Shown piece by piece: positions 60,894 through 64,000 of a stretch of 64,000 nucleotides of DNA. The stretch spans positions 29,455 through 93,454 of the forward strand of contig CAWAIQ010000001.1 of the NCBI GenBank assembly GCA_963782225.1, written 5' to 3'. How positions within the stretch are numbered: the first letter of the stretch is position 1; every line of letters begins with the position of its first letter. A program made the translations under genes and the position numbers. The notes under the pieces were generated by a model. That model did not search any database. It saw only the letters and a program-made list of their open reading frames with translations, and was not told where the DNA came from. The stretch comes from an uncultured Chitinophagaceae bacterium (GTDB taxonomy: Bacteria > Bacteroidota > Bacteroidia > Chitinophagales > Chitinophagaceae).

Positions 60894-62036
60894 ATGCGAG
60901 GTCCGATAGCGCCAAATAAAACGATAGCCTTTGTTTCGAACAACGCGTGGTCGGTTTATAATTTCAGGCTCGATGTTATCCGATGGTTGATTAGTCAGCA
61001 GGTAAAGGTGTTGGTGATATCTCCTTCGGACGATTACGCATCTAAACTAACTGATGTGGGTTGCCGGTTTATTCCGATCGAGTTCAATAATAAAGGAGTA
61101 AACCCGCTGAATGACTATTCCTTCTACAAAAATCTCAGGAAGTTATACAAGGAGCAACGGCCTGATTTTATTTTCCATTATGTAGCGAAGCCAAATATCT
61201 ATGGCTCGCTGGCGGCTGCAGCCGAAAACATTCCGAGTGTGGCGGTCATCACCGGTCTAGGTTACCCGTTTGCGAAAAGAAATTTCCTCTTTCATGTTAT
61301 CCGCGCGCTCTACCGGCGGTCGCTTAAGCATACCAGTGAGGTGTGGTTTCTGAATAACGAAGATGCAAAGGTTTTTATCACCGAAAGGATCGTGTCGATC
61401 AGCAAAATGAAAGTGTTGCCGGGCGAGGGGGTAGATACAAAACATTTTGCACCTCCTCCGCACCATTCCCCCGGCGAAACTTTTCAATTTCTGATGAGCA
61501 CTCGACTGTTGAAGAGTAAAGGCGTAGGACTTTACGCCGATGCTGCGCGGCTCCTCAAAAAGAAAAATTACCGGGTATCGTTCGCATTGATTGGTTTTTT
61601 TGAACAGAACCACCCCGACTCCATTACTCCTGAACAATTGAGCAGCTGGGAAAAAGAAGGTCTGATAGAATACAAAGGATTTGCGGATGATGTGCGGCCT
61701 TTTTTGAAGGAAGCGGACTGTATTGTTTTCCCTTCCTTTTATAATGAGGGCGTTCCGCGATGCCTGATGGAGGCGGCAAGTATGGAGAAGCCTGCGATCA
61801 CGTCCTTAAATCGCGGTTGTAAGGAAGTGGTGCTCAACAATTCAAACGGATTTATCTGCAACCTCAACGATCCGTTCGACCTTGCGGATAAAATGGAGAA
61901 AATGATCAATCTTCCGCCCGAAGAAAGACAGCGTATGGGCAAAAACGGCCGGCAGCTGGTGTTGAAAAAATTCGAGATATGCAAAATCATAGAGGAATAT
62001 TCGAATACCTTAATTTCGGCCTTTGAAACACTAACC
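60894..62036 (+). CDS. GT4-family (group 1) glycosyltransferase; no stop codon before purL in the sequence as given
   Basis: …KTIAFVSNNAWSVYNFRLDVIRWL… (N-domain), …LMSTRLLKSKGV…, …FPSFYNEGVPRCLMEAASMEKPAITS… (E-x7-E region); reads in frame into purL ATG 62037. Confidence 0.75.
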
Positions 62037-64000
62037 ATGGAAGTAACAGTTAATACGGCCGCGCAGTTAAGGATTACCGCGGAAGAATTTGAACTGATCA
62101 GGCAAAAGCTAAAAAGAACTCCCAACTTCAACGAACTCTGTGCATTTAGCGGCATGTGGAGCGAACACTGCAGCTACAAGAACTCAATAAAATGGCTCAA
62201 AACCTTACCCCGCGACGGTGAACGTATGCTGGTGGCAGCCGGTGAAGAAAATGCCGGGTTAATGGATATCGGCGACGGCTACGGTGTGGTGTTTAAAATA
62301 GAATCGCATAATCACCCTTCTGCCATCGAGCCCTTCCAGGGCGCGGCCACAGGTGTAGGAGGTATTCACAGCGATATTTTTACGATGGGCGCGCGGCCCA
62401 TTGCATCGCTTAATTCTTTACGCTTCGGTAAGCTTGAAGAAGCAAAAACACGCCACCTTCTTGCAGGTGTGGTGCATGGCATTGGTCATTACGGCAACTG
62501 CTTCGGCGTGCCTACTGTAGGCGGTGAAATATATTTTGAAGAGCGCTATCATACCAATCCACTTGTGAACGCAATGAGCGTTGGTATATTAAAAGAAGGC
62601 GAAACAGTTTCGGCTACTGCCAAAGGTATTGGCAACCCGGTATTTTTTGTTGGAAGCGCCACCGGTAAAGATGGTATCGGCGGAGCATCGTTTGCGTCTG
62701 CAGATATTACTGCGGAAAGCGCGGAAGACCTGCCCGCAGTGCAGGTGGGAGATCCATTCCAGGAAAAGAAATTACTTGAGGCTTGTCTCGAGGTATTGCA
62801 AACTAAAGCAGTAGTGGGCATGCAGGATATGGGTGCCGCAGGCATCATTTGTTCCACTGCAGAAATGAGTGCGAAAGGAAATGTGGGGATGAGGATAGAC
62901 CTGGATAAAGTGCCTACGCGCCAGAAAAACATGAAGACGTGGGAATTGCTGTTAAGCGAGAGCCAGGAGCGGATGTTGATGGTGGTGGAGAAAGGGAAAG
63001 AAAGCGAAGTGTTGAGGATATTTGAGAAATGGGATCTGCCCTGTTCAGAAATTGGTGAAGTAACCGATGATGGTCTCCTCAAATTTTATATGAATGGCGA
63101 ACTGGAAGCCGAAATGCCTGCGTATGAGTTAGTGCTTGGTGGTGGCGCACCACAATACGAAAGAGAATACCGCGAGCCGGCATATCTGTCAAAAGTAAAA
63201 AGCTTCGATCCGTCAATCAGTTGAGGTTCCGGATAATTTAAAACAGGTTGCGGAACAAGTTGGTGTCGCAGCCAAACATCGCATCGAAGAGATGGATATT
63301 TACACAGTATGATAGTATGGTAGGAACAGGAAACGTTTCTACAAACGATCCGAGTGATGCAGCAGTGGTGGTGGCAAAACCGACAGGGAAAGGACTGGCG
63401 TTAACAACGGATTGTAACAGCCGCTATGTTTTTGCAGATCCTTATAAGGGTGCGATGATAGCAGTAAGCGAGGCAGCGCGAAACATTGTGTGCAGCGGTG
63501 GTGAGCCATTAGGTATTACAAACTGTTTGAACTTTGGTAACCCGTACGATCCGGAGGTATATTACCAGTTTGTTGAGGCGATTAAAGGAATGGGAGAGGC
63601 GTGCAGAAAATTCAATACACCTGTAACAGGTGGTAACGTTAGTTTTTACAATCAGAATCCTGATGGTGCGGTTTATCCAACGCCTACAATAGGAATGGTA
63701 GGATTGCTGGAAAATGTAAATGATAAGATGACGCTGAGTTTCAGAAACGAAGGTGACATGATATTACCTGATAGGAAAGAGTCAGCAACGATATCAATTC
63801 ATCTGAGTATCTGCAAAAAGTTGCAGGTGTTGATTTTAGTCCTGCTCCTGAATTTGATCTCGACACGGAATTTAAATTGCAAGAGACAGTTTTGAAATTG
63901 ATTAAGAAGGGATTGATAGAATCGGCTCACGATATAAGTGAGGGTGGTTTATTTATTACATTGATAGAATAGTTCGTTTACACAACGATCTTGGTTTTGA
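62037..64000 (+). pseudogene. purL: phosphoribosylformylglycinamidine synthase subunit PurL, 5 or more frame steps, 3' end beyond window
   Basis: MEVTVNTAAQLRITAEEFELIRQKLKRTPNFNELCAFSGMWSEHCSYKNS…IESHNHPSAIEPFQGAATGVGG…; continues …EVPDNLKQVAEQ|LVSQPNIASKRWIFTQYDSMVGT…GDMI|YLIGKSQ|NDINSSEYLQKV…HDISEGGLFITLIE|VRLHNDLGF; junctions about 63199-63224, 63259, 63764, 63784, 63970. Confidence 0.85.

Noticed and set aside
47181-64000. Programmed ribosomal frameshifting as the explanation for the split genes
   Set aside because: The junctions share no slippery heptamer or downstream structure. They occur in unrelated housekeeping and accessory genes, often two within 20-60 nt. Each is repaired by deleting a single base.

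Overview
This 64-kb window looks like ordinary chromosome from a Bacteroidota genome, probably Sphingobacteriia/Chitinophagia-like. The signs are T9SS-type C-terminal sorting domains, SprB repeats, type III glutamine synthetase, large orphan FtsX-type permeases, RRM RNA-binding protein, many TlpA-type thioredoxins and TAnnTTTG -7 boxes. I support about 80 features. I found no rRNA, tRNA, CRISPR array, transposase, integrase or recognisable defence-gene set, so it does not read as a mobile or defence island.

Content by region:
- Left end: a Cys-rich copper-type protein, a lipoprotein and an outer-membrane receptor, plus secreted LamG and SprB-repeat proteins.
- 8.7-14 kb: a minus-strand two-component cluster.
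- 14-16.8 kb: a thioredoxin/methyltransferase block.
- Middle: xseAB, an HDAC-family deacetylase next to a Lys-rich H1-like protein, sialate O-acetylesterase, asnB, a BLUF photoreceptor, alkB, an Arr-type rifampin ADP-ribosyltransferase and a GreA/Rnk-like factor.
- Right end: Mn-catalase, type III GS, a GT4 glycosyltransferase and purL.

Main observations:
1. Best candidate for new biology: an RsbQ/KAI2/D14-type alpha/beta-hydrolase is translationally coupled to a PAS-histidine kinase, with a divergent receiver-only regulator (43.3-45.8 kb).
2. An unusually high density of frame disruptions breaks at least 10 genes at about 20 sites. They are concentrated at 47-64 kb and hit housekeeping genes (purL, glnN). 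Almost every junction is a +1 step, which fits uncorrected insertion errors better than real gene decay.
3. An intact HDAC sits next to a histone-H1-like protein.
4. Smaller items: a family of about 50-70-aa helical ORFs, an orphan strong terminator upstream of the AI-2E transporter gene, palindromic operators at membrane-protein/HTH modules, and two decayed gene remnants.

All family calls come from reading the translations, and no database search was run.
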